Below are positions 13,076 through 26,193 of a stretch of 64,000 nucleotides of DNA, piece by piece. The stretch is from Leucoraja ocellata. Lineage: Eukaryota. The stretch spans positions 744,001-808,000 of the forward strand of contig JAWMAR010000463.1 in the NCBI GenBank assembly GCA_036785375.1, read 5' to 3'. The notes under the pieces were generated by a model. It worked only from the letters and a program-made list of their open reading frames with translations. It did no database searches and was not told where the DNA came from. Numbering within the stretch: position 1 is the first letter of the stretch; every line of letters starts with the position of its first letter. Both the position numbers and the translations under genes were made by a program.

Positions 13076-13633
13076 AACTAATATGGCTCACCATAAATGC
13101 TGCAGATCCTGAAAAAGATTCAGGCTGGTTGTGGTCAGGCTGGATTTAGATTAGGTTTTAAACTTTACATCTGAGCAAATCTCTACTTGGATAGAGATCT
13201 GGTTTGCTGACAGAAAGCCAAGAATAGGGAGAATCTCTTTGAGGAAGGACCACAGGTTAGGACCTGGCTATTGCACATAAATTATTTAAAATTTTGCATT
13301 AAAACACCATTAAACATTTATGATGTGATGTACTAATGTTGAATAATGGAATAACGTTAGTTGTGAGAATGTAATGTTCTGTACTAATATATTTTAGAAT
13401 TTTCTTATGAATTAAATATATTTTCACACTTAAAACGGGTAATTTTAGGCTGGTGAACTTTAATGAGTGTGATGCCGCAGAAAATGCCATTTACAATCTA
13501 AATAAAAGTTGTAGACAAAGGCACTGGGTGATGATGGTGTTCAGCTGGGTGGAAAAGCGAGGAGAATGCAGAGTGTGTAAAGGGCTATAAATGGACTGTG
13601 TAGATAACGTGCAGAAATACAAAATCATCTACT

Positions 13634-13878
13634 AGGTGCAGGAGCAGGCCATTTGGCCCTTCGAGCCAGCACCGCCATTCAATATGATCATGGCTAATCA
13701 TCCAAAATCAGTACCCCGTTCCTACTTATTTCCCCATATCCCTTGATTCCGTTAACCCCAAGTACAATATCTAACTATCTCTTGCAGTGAATTGGCCTCC
13801 TGCCTTCTGTGGCACAGAATTCCAGATTCACAACTCTGGCTGAAAAAGTTGTTCCTCATCTCAGTCCTAAATGGCCTG
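13634..13878 (-). mobile_element. HER1/CR1 LINE 3' end
   Basis: Reverse complement of ...ccatgatcatattgaatggcggtgctggctcgaagggccaaatggcctgctcctgcacct. Confidence 0.85.
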
Positions 13879-14004
13879 GGAGAAATAGAAAAGCAGATTA
13901 TTTAAATGCAGCGAGACTGTTTAATGCTGGTGTCACCTTGTTACCTTAGAGCCATAAGATTAAATTGGAGGTACAGCATATGAATTGAAAGGCAGATTGG
14001 ATAA

Positions 14005-14181
14005 GTAAGAGTTAGATTTAGCTCTCGGGGCTAAAGGAATTAAGGGATATGGGGGGAAAGCAGGAATGGGGTACTGATTTTAGATGATTAGCCATGATCA
14101 TATTGAATGGTGGTGTTGGCTCGAAGGGCCGAATGGCCTATTACTACACCTTTTTCTGCACCTTTTTTCCCATGTTTCTAT
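14005..14181 (+). mobile_element. HER1/CR1 LINE 3' end
   Basis: gatatggggggaaagcagg...gccatgatcatattgaatggtggtgttggctcgaagggccgaatggccta. Confidence 0.85.
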
Positions 14182-16077
14182 GTCGGCCCTCTGACCTGAA
14201 AGACCCTCAAGATACATCTTTCTTATGTACGTGCAGATAGATAGTTATCAGGTGCACCTTGACAACATCAATCTCACTGTCACTAAGATCTCTCCAAGCA
14301 TCCCCCTACCTCCCGAGACTGAATCAATGTGGTAGCAGCATTGGGGTGAACAGATTGGTTTTCCCTGACTATTACTGCTTTGTTCTCCCTTTGTCTCATC
14401 ACCTCCCTCCAGGTTTATTTGCTCCTCAGAAACTTCATTCATGCTTCACTTACATCCAAGATTTCTATGACTGTCCTGGATAGCATGCTTCCTCTGAGCA
14501 CATCTGCAGCCACTTCCAGCTTGGACCAGGCATTGTCCCATCACCCTAAGCTCCCTGGCTCCTCCCATTCAAATTTCAAAATTTATATCCATGTTTTCAA
14601 ATTCTTCTGTGGCTTCCCCACTTCCAATCTGCAGCCTCCCACGGCCCGACAAACCTGCAGAACCCAATCTTTCTTTCCAACACTGGCATCTTGTGTGTGG
14701 CTTAATTTTGTTTGCTTCACCATTCTGGTGTCTGGGTCCCACGCTCTATAATTCTCCCTTTAAACTGGTCTGTCTTTGAGGTACTCCTTTAAACCCATCC
14801 AATTCACCGTGCCTTTGTCTAATATCTTATGAGATTAATGAATCTTCTTTAATTACATTTTTGTACAGCAATTTGGGACAGTTTATATTTTAAACGGAAC
14901 TTTACAAATGAGAAATGTAAATTAATATATCGTGACTGATGAAAGTTTAATTAAAATAAAACTTAAGTAATCAGCAGATCAAGCAGCATCTGTGGAGACC
15001 AAATATTTAACTTTCCAGATATCTCTCCTCCCCCCCCCCCCCTCTTGCCACCCTTGCTTCTCTGCATTGTCTCTGTTCACACTACTGCCTCTACCCCCAC
15101 CCCCTTGCCATAATTAAGCAAAAGGAAAGTTCCAGAACTGCACAGGAGGTCACTTTTTGATGCTGGAAAAGATAAGACAATTCTCCAGTACACCCATTAT
15201 CCTTGTTCTGGCAATATTCTTCAGATGGAACATTAACTCTACAGATGCTGAATGTCCCCTGTATGTTTCATGTTTTGGATTTATAATGACTGATGTTTGT
15301 ACACTAAACAGATGCTAACTGAGGCTGCGCTCTGTCAAAGGTGAAGCAAGCAGACAGGGCAGTGCGGCTCCTCTCCCAACCCAGCACATATACACAGGCC
15401 CCTGTAGTTGCCATCACTGGAGCATCCAGTAATATTTCCTGTTATTTTTGCACCCATTTGAGAATCACTCAATCAGTTCAGATAAACTGTGTAAAAGCGA
15501 GGAATCTCCCTGGGTGCTGCCCATCTCATCCAGGTCCCTGGGAGCACATGAAGAAAATGATTTGGCGTGAACTATCAGGGGCAGCCTTGTAACATTTCTG
15601 CAGGGGTAGTGCTTTAGAGTTCATATGTGATAGGAGCAGAATTAGTCCATTTGGCCCATCGTCTAATCTGCCATTCAATCATCTATCTTTCCCACTCAAC
15701 CACGTTCTCCTACTGTCTCCCCTTAACCCCTGACACCCTTAATAAATTAATTTTCAAATGCAAAATACCACAGCTGCAGGTAACAACCTTCACTCATTGC
15801 TTCAATGCTTGGAAGTACTTCCAAATAAGGAAGGTACGATGTACACATTTGGATTTGAAAATTTTCCTCTGGTAGCTTGTGAATCAGTCTCGTATGTAAA
15901 CCCATTCTCCTAAATGTATGTTTTTACATTTGCTGTCCTCTACCACATAAGAATAGGTGCTGTTTCTCCATGTATGGTGGTGCTGCCTGAGACCTCAGCC
16001 ATTGCTCTCTCTCCCTCAGCCAGTGCATCAGTCCCACTGGTGTCAGGACTTTAATGATACTCGTCTGAATCTTGCAG

Positions 16078-16314
16078 GTTGGTTTGTATAAAACGATTCC
16101 CACCCGGCTGCTGTCTCGGGCGTGGGGCCGGCTCAACCAGGTGGAGTTACCCACCTGGATGCGAAAGCCAGTCTATAATTTGTACATATGGACGTTCGGG
16201 GTCAATATGAAGGAAGCTGCAGTAGAAGATTTGCAGCACTACCGAAACCTCAGCGAATTCTTCCGCAGAAAGCTGAAGCCACAGGCACGTCCTGTTTGCG
16301 ACTCTCACTGTGTG
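16078..16314 (+). CDS. PISD: PISD common exon ([17 protein letters not shown]...PVCDSHCV)
   Basis: ttgcag|GTT...GTG|GTAAGT, 237 nt. Matches [26 protein letters not shown]...[14 protein letters not shown]. Confidence 0.97.
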
Positions 16315-17490
16315 GTAAGTTGCATTAAATCCTTCCAGGTATAACAATGAAATCCTGAAGAAAGTACCAAAACAAAATACAAGGTCACCGGGCCCCCTCT
16401 CACATTCTGATTCTACTTCAGATTTATTTCCTTCCAGTGCTTGAATTTTGATTGGGTTGTAATTCCCCGTGTCCATTGGGTTGTAATCCCCCCTGTCCAT
16501 TGGGATGACTACCTGGGTTTTAGGTATATTCTGTGTGGCATGCCAGAGGAGCTAGTTTCTGGTCTAAAGTGGAGATGGGGGGGAGAAATCAGAAGAGGTT
16601 CCTGTTCCCACTTGTTTAGTGACTAGACACGGATAGGTACCCACCCCAACCCCTCTGCGGCCCATGTTCATGGCTGTTGCAGGCAGAGAAGTTGGACTGT
16701 CCATGGACAGGAGAATTACAGCCCAGTCTATCCAAACTACACCAAGATCTTGCACTTGGCGTGAAAGACTTCCAGATGATATCTGATAGCAGTGGAAAGA
16801 CCTCGGGTCCCCCACTTGGTAAAATCCGGGTTTTATTCTGCCACATTTAGGGAGCACAGTGTTAAAGTTCATTAATCACCTTGCAACAGGAGTAAATCAC
16901 TTCAACGTGTCCGCAATGCATTTGTTACAAACATCAGAATATGTTTATCACATCAATTTGGTAATTTCTATTCAAGCTGGTTCACTGCTTAGAGAGAGAT
17001 GAGGATAAAGCTCTTTTTGTTTTTTTTTAATATTATTTATATAGCTTCAGTCACCTCAGGCTATCCAGAACCACTAAATGGCCAATGAAGAATTTTGGAC
17101 AATGTAGTCACTATTGTAAGGAAACGTAGTAAAATATAAAATGTACATAATGAAGCATTAAAGACTAAGAATAAAGAACCCCTTTTTTCAGCAAAGAGGA
17201 AAGCATGTGAATTAATGGGACAACCCCTACAGCACCAAACCATAATCTCTTTAATGTTCAGTGGGATAATTGGGTGATGTGGTATTAACATGTGGGTGCA
17301 TTAGATACAGCCCAGGATATCCTCCATATCCAGCCTGTGTCCTAAATCTGAGCACTTGCTTATGTTTTGTCCCGTGCGATGGATGAGAAATTTAACGTTA
17401 GTTTTGTCGTGGAGAGGTTTCTTGACTATTTTAACTCAACGACGATCGGGTTGTGTGTTGTTGGTCACTTTTCTCATTGTCTTTTCCTAG

Positions 17491-17629
17491 ATCAGTCCTT
17501 CTGATGGAAAAATCCTGCACTTTGGGAGGGTGAAGAACTGTCAGGTGGAGCAAGTGAAAGGTGTGACTTACTCATTGGAGACTTTCCTAGGCCCTCAGAC
17601 CTGGTCAGAGAACCTGGAGATTAGAAACA
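17491..17629 (+). CDS. PISD: PISD exon ([14 protein letters not shown]...LEIRN), contains catalytic Asp
   Basis: ttttcctag|ATC...A|GTAAGT, 139 nt. Contains the SPSDG and QVKGVTYSL motifs. Confidence 0.97.
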
Positions 17630-17709
17630 GTAAGTTCATTTCTCAATACTGGGTTGCACATCTTCTTGGATATTTCCGAATTTTAAGTTATCTCACAAAG
17701 CTCTCATTT

Positions 17710-17985
17710 AGGGGGAAATTCTTTAAAACCGAGATGAGAAGAACTTTTTTCACACAGAGAGTGGTGAATCTCTGGAACTCTCTGCCACAGAGGGTAGTTG
17801 AGGCCAGTTCATTGGCTATATTTAAGAGGGAGTTAGATGTGGCCCTTGTGGCTAAGGGGATCAGGGGGTATGGAGAGAAGGCAGGTGCGGGATACTGAGT
17901 TGGATGATCAGCCATGATCATATTGAATGGCGGTGCAGGCTCGAAGGGCCGAATGGCCTACTCCTGCACCTAATTTCTATGTTTC
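17710..17985 (+). mobile_element. HER1/CR1 LINE 3' end (young)
   Basis: Encodes [20 protein letters not shown]...[10 protein letters not shown], followed by a 3' stem-loop ggtgcagg...cctgcacc. Confidence 0.9.
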
Positions 17986-18002
17986 TATTTACCTTCTCAC
18001 TT

Positions 18003-18010
18003 CTATCTAC

Positions 18011-18046
<36 letters not shown>

Positions 18047-18078
18047 ATATCTATCTATCTATCGGATTGATCTATCTA
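18003..18078. repeat. (TCTA)n microsatellite
   Basis: Tandem tcta units seen directly. Confidence 0.95.
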
Positions 18079-19342
18079 CTTGGTCCAGAAATATATCCTT
18101 GAAATCCATTGTGTAGTGTAAAATTGGGCAATGTTTCACTGCAGCTGAATATGGAAGGCAGATGAGGAGGCATTTTTATAGGGCCTTCATAATCTATGTT
18201 TCCGAGTGTGATACTGTGATGCAAAATGGAACTAACGATGGATTGACATAAACACTAGTTGATTGTCAGTGTTACATTGGTGTGCTGAAGGGCTGGTAGC
18301 CATACTGCGTCTTTCTACAATTCTCTGCAGTGGGACAAATGTTATTCTCCACACGTGACAGCACAGAGTGAGGGATGTGTGGCAAAAATTGGGAATGCTT
18401 TTCAAAGTCATTTGTAAAATGTAATGTCTTTTTGTTTAGAGGTGTTTTCACAGGCAGGTTTCTGCAAGGATTGTATTTTAATGACGGGAAAAATACTGGC
18501 ATGCTTTTTTTGGCAGTGGCCGTGAGATTGGGAGAGGGAGGCGATTGAGTGTGTTTACCCACACTGAAACGCCAGGTTTAATATAAAGTGTCTCTTTCCA
18601 AGGCCCTGTAGTTCGAAGGCTTCAACTAGGCTTAGAAACAGAAGGCAAACCTGCAAAGGATATTTCAGAGAACAACCAATATTTCAGTCAAAGTAATGAT
18701 TTTTGATAGTGCAGATGGCTAAAAGCTTTACCGCTGAATGGTACCGTTGAAAATGATTGAGTGTGCACCAGAGGCAATCGTTTTTGAAGGGAGGGGTATG
18801 TAATGCTGTGTGAGATTGAACAGATAAGATAATGAGGCCATGGTTGGTTTGAGGAAAAGGGGTTTAATTGCTTAGATCTTGGACTGATTTGATAATACCA
18901 AGTGGACCTGAAAATGCCGAGGTGTCTTGCAGCTCATGAGGCTATCAGAGACCATGAGTTTGATCTTGCCAATAGAGTTGGTGGAATTTTGAAATCCAAG
19001 ACCCCTGTCAAAATGATTGGGAATGCTAGAGATGTAAGGTTCTCATATCTATGTGTGGAGTTGAGTCATGTCAGTGGTTCAGTGTGTCTGAATGGGGTGA
19101 TCAAAAGAGAAGGAATCTAGTGCACAACATATGGGGTGCTGAGATCTTCAAACCACCTTGTTGAATTTAGGATTGTGTTCCCTAAGAATATAGATTGCAA
19201 GTAAAATGCAGTCAATTCACTTCCTCCAATCTATTATCAAAAATCATACTTACTGCACAGTTGCTAGGTTTATGCTGCTGATTTTCTTGTTGGGCAACAC
19301 TGATTTAGTATAAAGTACAAAACAACGGTGATTTGTAGAATG

Positions 19343-19520
19343 TGTAAGGAACTGCAGATGCTGGTTTAAACCGAAGATAAACACAAAAAGCTTGAGTAAC
19401 TCAGCGGGACGGGTAGTATCTCTAGAGAGAAGGAATGGGTGACGCTTCTTCACCCATTCTTTCTCTCCAGAGATCCTGCCTGTCCCGTGAGTTACTCCAG
19501 CTTTTTGTGTATACCTTCGG
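19343..19520. mobile_element. Palindromic non-autonomous Penelope-terminal-derived element
   Basis: Arm ccgaagataaacacaaaaagcttgagtaactc...gaatgggtga and arm tcacccattc...gagttactccagctttttgtgtataccttcgg are inverted repeats. The element is flanked by a cggtgatttgt(a/g)gaat direct repeat. Confidence 0.75.
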
Positions 19521-19580
19521 TGATTTGTGGAATCCTATTTTGATCTACTGTTTGCTGCATAATTTGTTGTAATCCAGCAG

Positions 19581-19727
19581 ATAACACAGAGACAACGTTC
19601 CAGGAGCACCTGGTTACAAAGGAAGGCAATGATCTCTATCACTGTGTTATTTACTTGGCTCCCGGAGATTATCACTGTTTTCATTCACCTACTGATTGGC
19701 GAGTCTCACACAGGCGGCATTTTCCAG
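19581..19727 (+). CDS. PISD: PISD exon (…[32 protein letters not shown]), contains catalytic His
   Basis: ccagcag|AT...G|GTAAGA. 147 nt, or 150 nt from the alternative acceptor at 19578. [11 protein letters not shown] motif. Confidence 0.96.
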
Positions 19728-19979
19728 GTAAGAAGTTTATTGTTTGTTTGGGTTTTACTCTGGAATTGAATTGATATTGTTAAAAGTGACCTTTATCAGA
19801 TTTGCCCATTAGCAACAGTTAGTTGAAAATCAAGCCAATTCTTTGTATCCTGTTAATGAAAATTAGTGAGAATAAAAAAAATATCAAACAAGAATCAAAT
19901 TCAGACAATTTGGAAGGCAGAAAAAAGGCAGATGTTGGTATGAAATTAAACAAAGTGCTGGAGATACTTGGGCAGTATA

Positions 19980-20415
19980 TAACCATATAACATAACCATA
20001 TAACAATTACAGCACGGAAACAGGCCATCTCGGCCCTACAAGTCCGTGCCGAACAACTTTTTTCCCTTAGTCCCACCTGCCTGCACTCATACCATAACCC
20101 TCCATTCCCTTCTCATCCATATGCCTATCCAATTTATTTTTAAATGATACCAATGAACCTGCCAACACCACTTCCACTGGAAGCTCATTCCACACCGCTA
20201 CCACTCTCTGAGTAAAGAAGTTCCCCCTCGTGTTACCCCTAAACTTCTGTCCCTTAATTCTGAAGTCATGTCCTCTTGTTTGAATCTTCCCTATTCTCAA
20301 AGGGAAAAGCTTGTCCACTGTCTATCCCTCTCAACTCTGTCTATCCCTCTCATCATTTTAAAGACCTCTATCAAGTCCCCCCTTAACCTTCTGCACTCCA
20401 GAGAATAAAGACCTA
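19980..20415 (-). mobile_element. CR1 LINE 3' end (second subfamily)
   Basis: ORF 20067..20318 reads TRGH...FFTQRVVAVWNELPVEVV...GMEGYG, with an (aaccatat) tail. Confidence 0.85.
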
Positions 20416-22603
20416 AATATGTCGAGAGAGAAGCAGTTCACAGCCTGACCTGCAAAATGCTCCAAGCCATTCAACCTTGCAAGATCCTCTGTAAACATAA
20501 GGACACTGGTGTTTAAATAGGGAGAGGTTCCACAGCTGTTCAGGCAAACTGTGGAGTTAACTTTTAGATTGATGATAAAAGGCTGTCAATGTCCATTCTT
20601 CTATCACCATAGCTGCTACATGGAATGTTGAGAATTTCCCGTGCTTTCTGGTGGCGTTTGTTACGATTTCAAGCATCCACTGCATTTTTCCCTTTTAGTC
20701 AGGAAAGTCAGAGGCTGTTAATGATGTGGTGGTAGCTTAGTAGTTGAGTCACTGGACAAGCATCCAATGGGACAGGTGAGTGAATACGTGAATTTGAATC
20801 CACCTACAGCAGATAGAAAACTTCAATTAATTAAAATATTCAATTAATTAAATATGGAATGAAAAGTAAGTACAAGTAATAGTGACCTTGGATTGTGTTC
20901 AAATCTCCGTCCAGTTAATTTCCTTTGGAACTGAAATATACCTTGTGACTTACTTTTGACCCACATTAGTGTGGGTTGACCCTAAGCTGCTCCCTGAAGG
21001 CCACAGAAAGCCAATCAGTTCATCAATACTGGTCACACCAGTGCTTCTCATGTTCCAGTTACATCACATATTAACAAAAAGAAGCACATTGAGCACCATG
21101 GTTGTATAATGGAATGGGTATGGAGGCATTGGAGAGAATGCAGAGAAGATTTGCGAGATGGTACATAAATGTGGGTACACATCAATAAAGGACCTGACTT
21201 AGTTACTCTGCGTGAGGAGAGAAGCTAGAGGGGTAACATAATGGTATTGGCAGAATGAATACAGATGTTTTCAGTTATGGAGAAGTGGTGAAGAAAGACC
21301 GTAAGTATATGGCACCAAATGTCCAACAAGGAACTGAAAGGGGACCTCATGTCCGAAGGAGGTGAGAATGTGTAACTCTGCCACAGAGTGGTTGGAGACA
21401 ATATTACGACTATTTAAGGGAAGACAGGGCAAGCAGATGAGGGAGAAGGGAATGGATCATTAGTCCATAGACCCTGCGTTCAGTGCCTTTCCACTCGCGG
21501 GCAGTTCCACTCTGAGAGGGAAGCAATGGCTGGACTAGACCATGCAGCTACCCTGTGGAAAGTAGCATGTCTGAAACTTTCCCAGCAACCAGCTCTCGTG
21601 TTGTGGGTCAGATACTCTTCACCCAGCTCAATGCTTTGCTGTCAGGTAACATCCCGTAACAGGTAATGGATATAGATGAGCTCTCTGATCTAACATGCTA
21701 GTTTCCACGACACAGCCTTGAATCCAGCTGCGTGTGCTAGCTTAGTCTGGAAGGGTATGAATGAGATGGATCTAAAAATGACATCAATCAGAGATCACTT
21801 TAATATTAATGCCATCTCCTTGACGGTCAAAAGAGATGCATAAATACAACCTCTTTCCCTGAAGATTGACAGCAGGATGGGTCTGTAGGTTAATCTCTAA
21901 ATGAGATTAATGGAGCCATTGGTAATCAGCTGGGTCCTATATTTAAATCTCATACAGTAAAAGGTGGAAGAGACTATCTTGAATAAAAATGATTTTCAAC
22001 TTTATTCTTGTACAAAAATCAAAAACTCAGATAAAAATGGAAGGTTTCTTGCTTATCAATTGTAGGGTCCATCAACGTGATGCGAGTGAAGAAGTGGATC
22101 ATACTTCTTGGAGCATAGTGGGTTAAAATGAGCTTTAAAGATCTAACTGATTCGGGATTTTGATAAGAGAAAAACCTCTTTCCACGAGCAGGGTATCGGT
22201 CACCAAAGAAGACGGTTTTGCGATAATTAAAGACAGGATCAATAAGAGGAGGGAATTAGATTTTTTTTAACACTCTGAGCAACGATCAGGAATTCACTGC
22301 CAGAAAGTTGAAAAAAGATTCAATAAACAAGGAAATTGTCTGATTTTTTAAAAAAATGCTCAGGGAAAAAACAAGGGTGTGATATTAATTTATATCTATT
22401 TTACGATACAGTCCTTCAGATTAAAAATTCTGTAATTATAAAAGATAACAGCGTTGGGCCATTTTGATTTCTACCCAAGCAGGAATCAGGATGACATGCA
22501 GTTAGACAAGGGTGTTGAATCATGGTTGGTATTGGCACGTTGCGTTAGCTAACAGTGGTCGTGTATTGGCAGCTGGGAGGATAAACCCAGATTGCATTTT
22601 TGA

Positions 22604-22870
<267 letters not shown>

Positions 22871-23919
22871 TAGGACGAATGGTAATCAAAGAAAGTTGCC
22901 TGAAAGCCTGAAATAAAATCAGAAAATTATGGAAACTTAGCGGATCAATCAGGATCTGTGGAGCCAAAATGAGTTAACATTTCAGGTCATCTATTATGTA
23001 GGAGTTTTTTTAGCAATGTGGGTATAGCACTTGATACTGGTAGATGGTAGAGAAGGGCAGAATATACATTTATGCCCTTGATCGAGGGTTATCAGTGAAT
23101 TAGCAACCAATGGATTGGAAATTCATCTCTCTAAAATTACTGGGTGGACGTTTGTTGTCAGTCTGTTGTACGTATTTCATATCCTGGGAAGCGGGCCAGA
23201 GGTTCTCACTCTTACTGTGCCCACTTACATGAATGGACATTTTGTACAAAAATGAAATAGAAATGCCTGAATCACTGTATATCTACAGGTATAATCCTCA
23301 CAATTGATGTGATAAATGAACCTGCAGCGTTTCATCAAATTCTTATGAGAAGTGGGGTGGGGAAAGTACTTGCAAGGTATCTGTGGGCACCAGTGATCTT
23401 ATGGCAAATTGTGGTTTGATGGTTTGAACCTTGAATGGGCAAAGCTTGATGAAGAGCATTACCCGATTCAACATATTTTCTGCGCCTAAGGGGCCGAGGC
23501 TTGGGACAATTTGGCACAGGCTAAAATTTCCCCTTTTCACCCAGAAAACCACTGGCACGAAGGCTGGGACATCTACCCTGTGGACCTGCGCTAGGTTAGA
23601 CCTGGCACTAGGATGGTGGTTCCATCAAAAGCAATGGGAAGAAACAGACTGTTGACAGCATTGCAAAACACTGTCGATATTGGAAATACTGAGCAGGTCC
23701 GGCCGGCAGCCCCAGTGGAAAGAGAAACAGACTATGGTTCTGGTTGGTAACCAGTTATCAGATTGTGAAAAACAAATTGTCGTTCTGCAGGTCCCTGACT
23801 CATCAGTGCAGTGTTACTTTTAGTTTTGGTGCAGCAGCTGTGATATGTGTAAATGACTCAGTAATATCTGTGTGGATACTGGTCAAGTCCCTGTGGGAAA
23901 TAGATTACCGGAAAATCCT

Positions 23920-24090
23920 TGGCACATGCTTGTTCTCATTTCTGGGCTTTCTGCTCTTCATGTTTTATTATTAATGTTTTATGTGTCATTCCTCACTGTC
24001 ATTGTATGTCATGTTGTCACTTGTGGGCGAAGCACCAAGGCAAATTCCTTGTATGTGAATACTTGGCCAATAAACTTATTCATTCATTCA
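23920..24090 (+). mobile_element. LINE 3'-tail fragment ending in AATAAA-(TTCA)n
   Basis: gcaccaaggcaaattccttgtatgtgaatacttggccaataaacttattcattcattca. Family not determined. Confidence 0.5.
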
Positions 24091-24486
24091 TAATCTTACA
24101 TCCATTTCGACGGATTCCCAGATCCTCCTCTTTCCCTTGTTGCATGTTAGGCTATTTCCATTTCCCAATTCACTTACTTTGACCTACTGTTAAAATAAGC
24201 AACTCAATTTCCTTTATTGTTTTTCGCATTTCATTTCTTGTTACCATTAAGCTTATTGTGGGACAGGCATCTTATTTTTATTGTTCAATTGGAAGTGAAA
24301 GCTGAAGAGCTACGGTACACAATTGCTCCTCAATGGCAGCTTCATGCTTAGTTGATGAATACCAATGTTAAGCCCTTAAGACTGTCAAATTGTTGAAGCC
24401 ATTATCCATCAAGACTTTGGTTGACTATGGAATGGGATGGTACTGCAGGAACACGGCATTTTACTGTATTATTTTATTTTGCACAG

Positions 24487-24711
24487 GATCTGCACACCAA
24501 CAGCCCTCGCTACATGAAGGGCTCATACAATGACTTCAGTTTTATCACAAACAACAACAAGGGAGGGGTTACGATGCAGAAAGGAGAGCACCTAGGCGAA
24601 TTCAACTTGGGCTCCACCATCGTTCTCATCTTCGAGGCACCAAAAGACTTCACCTTTAACCTTAAACCTGGACAGAAGATCAGGTTTGGAGAGGCGCTGG
24701 GGTCCATCTAG
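24487..24711 (+). CDS. PISD: PISD last coding exon with LGST pyruvoyl-generating self-cleavage motif
   Basis: gcacag|GAT...TAG. Encodes DLHTNSP...[16 protein letters not shown]...GEALGSI*, with LGST at 24607-24618. Confidence 0.98.
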   Translation, partial: DLHTNSPRYMKGSYNDFSFITNNNKGGVTMQKGEHLGEFNLGSTIVLIFEAPKDFTFNLKPGQKIRFGEALGSI

Positions 24712-26152
24712 TAGAATCACTGTCAAAACATCTAATTGGAATGGAGTAACGAGGAGGAAGTTCAGACTGGGAAATATGAGAAATTGCCATAACGAAATAT
24801 GGTTTAAGTTCTGGCTGCTCCTCCTCTCGTTCTAACTGCAGAAGCATTTCCCACAGCCTCCATCTAAGGGAGCAGCTGGACCACGACTGGCGCAACGGTT
24901 TCCTTTGAAACATGTACTGACCCTACCCAGTTACTCCTTTAAATAGGAAGCTGATGGGAGGATAGGGTTTGGAACATGTGCAGTGCCATACTTTCCGTGC
25001 AAAGAAGAAACCTGGCAGGTCACCAGGATTAAAAGAACTTTGAGAGATGAACTGAGATTTTAGGACCCAAGTCAAAATGGGCTTAGCAAGGGGATCCCAT
25101 AGAACATTGCAGGAGTTGGTGATGCAAGAATGTTTGCTGAATAGCTCCATGCAGGTGAACAAGTGGGTCATTCTAACTTAGTTCATGCAGTATTTTTATA
25201 TCCTTAAGAAAAAAAATTCTCATCCAACTACATTTCAGAGAAAATAAAATAACGACTGTACCAAAACCTACAGCTGCTGAACTCCTTTTGTTTTCTAACG
25301 CTGAGGGCAGCAATGCTAAAACTTGAGTGCTGTCTTGTGTTGTAAGTGTTTATTGAGACATCAGTTTTGCGGGTGGGCAGTGAACAAATGAGGGTAGGGT
25401 GGAAAAAAAGCAAAATCAGGTGCAATGTGTGAAACAAGTCACAGATTAGGATTTAATATCCAAATAATGGAGATGAATTTATATTTTTATAAATTCATAA
25501 TTTGGCTTCAGCCGTTTAAGCTGCTGCGTTGGTGATCCATCCTCTATACTGTATCTCAATCTGAGCCAAGGGGAATGACCAGAGTGACTGACCTTGTTTT
25601 GTAGACCTCGATGACAGCATGTAAGAAATAGTGTAACATTGAAGACAATACAACTAGCGTTGTAGGGTCCCAACAATATCCAAGAGACAATTATTTATTG
25701 CTCTCTCTCTTACTTTAAATGCATAATCATGTAATTAAACGAGGTTTCAAAACATGGAGGCAAACCACAGGTTGTTGAATTTTCCCAGAGTGTCAGCATG
25801 CTTTTATATCAAACCACCACCAAAGAGGTTACGGGCAAGCCCTTGGTTAACAGTGTTGCTAAATTCTGCTAGTACTGGTGAAATCTGCATGTTCTGAAAA
25901 TCACTATTTCAGTTATTGGCTTCAGCACTAAACAAATGCTATTTTGAAGCTAGAAACACTTCCCTTAGATTCTCTTCCACAGTTTGGTAGCAAACATCTT
26001 ACCTGCAGCATTAGAAGGAACAGGAGATTTAAGACAATTGTTGGTTAACAGTATTTTTTGTGATGTTTTTATAATTCAGGAGTGTCTGGTTCAAACCTGC
26101 TGCTATTGACTGCAGGATTATTTTCATGTGGAATGGTGAACAGTGACCAAGG

Positions 26153-26158
26153 AATAAA
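26153..26158 (+). terminator. Candidate PISD distal poly(A) signal
   Basis: AATAAA followed by U-rich sequence. An earlier AATAAA is at 25243. Confidence 0.45.
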
Positions 26159-26179
26159 ATGAATTAGTATTTCACAAGA

Positions 26180-26193
26180 TTTATTTATTTATT
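26180..26193 (-). terminator. Candidate SFI1 poly(A) signal(s)
   Basis: tttatttatttatt gives three overlapping AATAAA on the - strand, the first canonical signal I found downstream of the SFI1 stop. Confidence 0.5.

Noticed and set aside
17630-17898. PISD exon ORF reading through into CR1 sequence (17530..17898)
   Set aside because: A strong donor at 17630 and the conserved exon length explain the exon. The read-through is a coincidental open frame.
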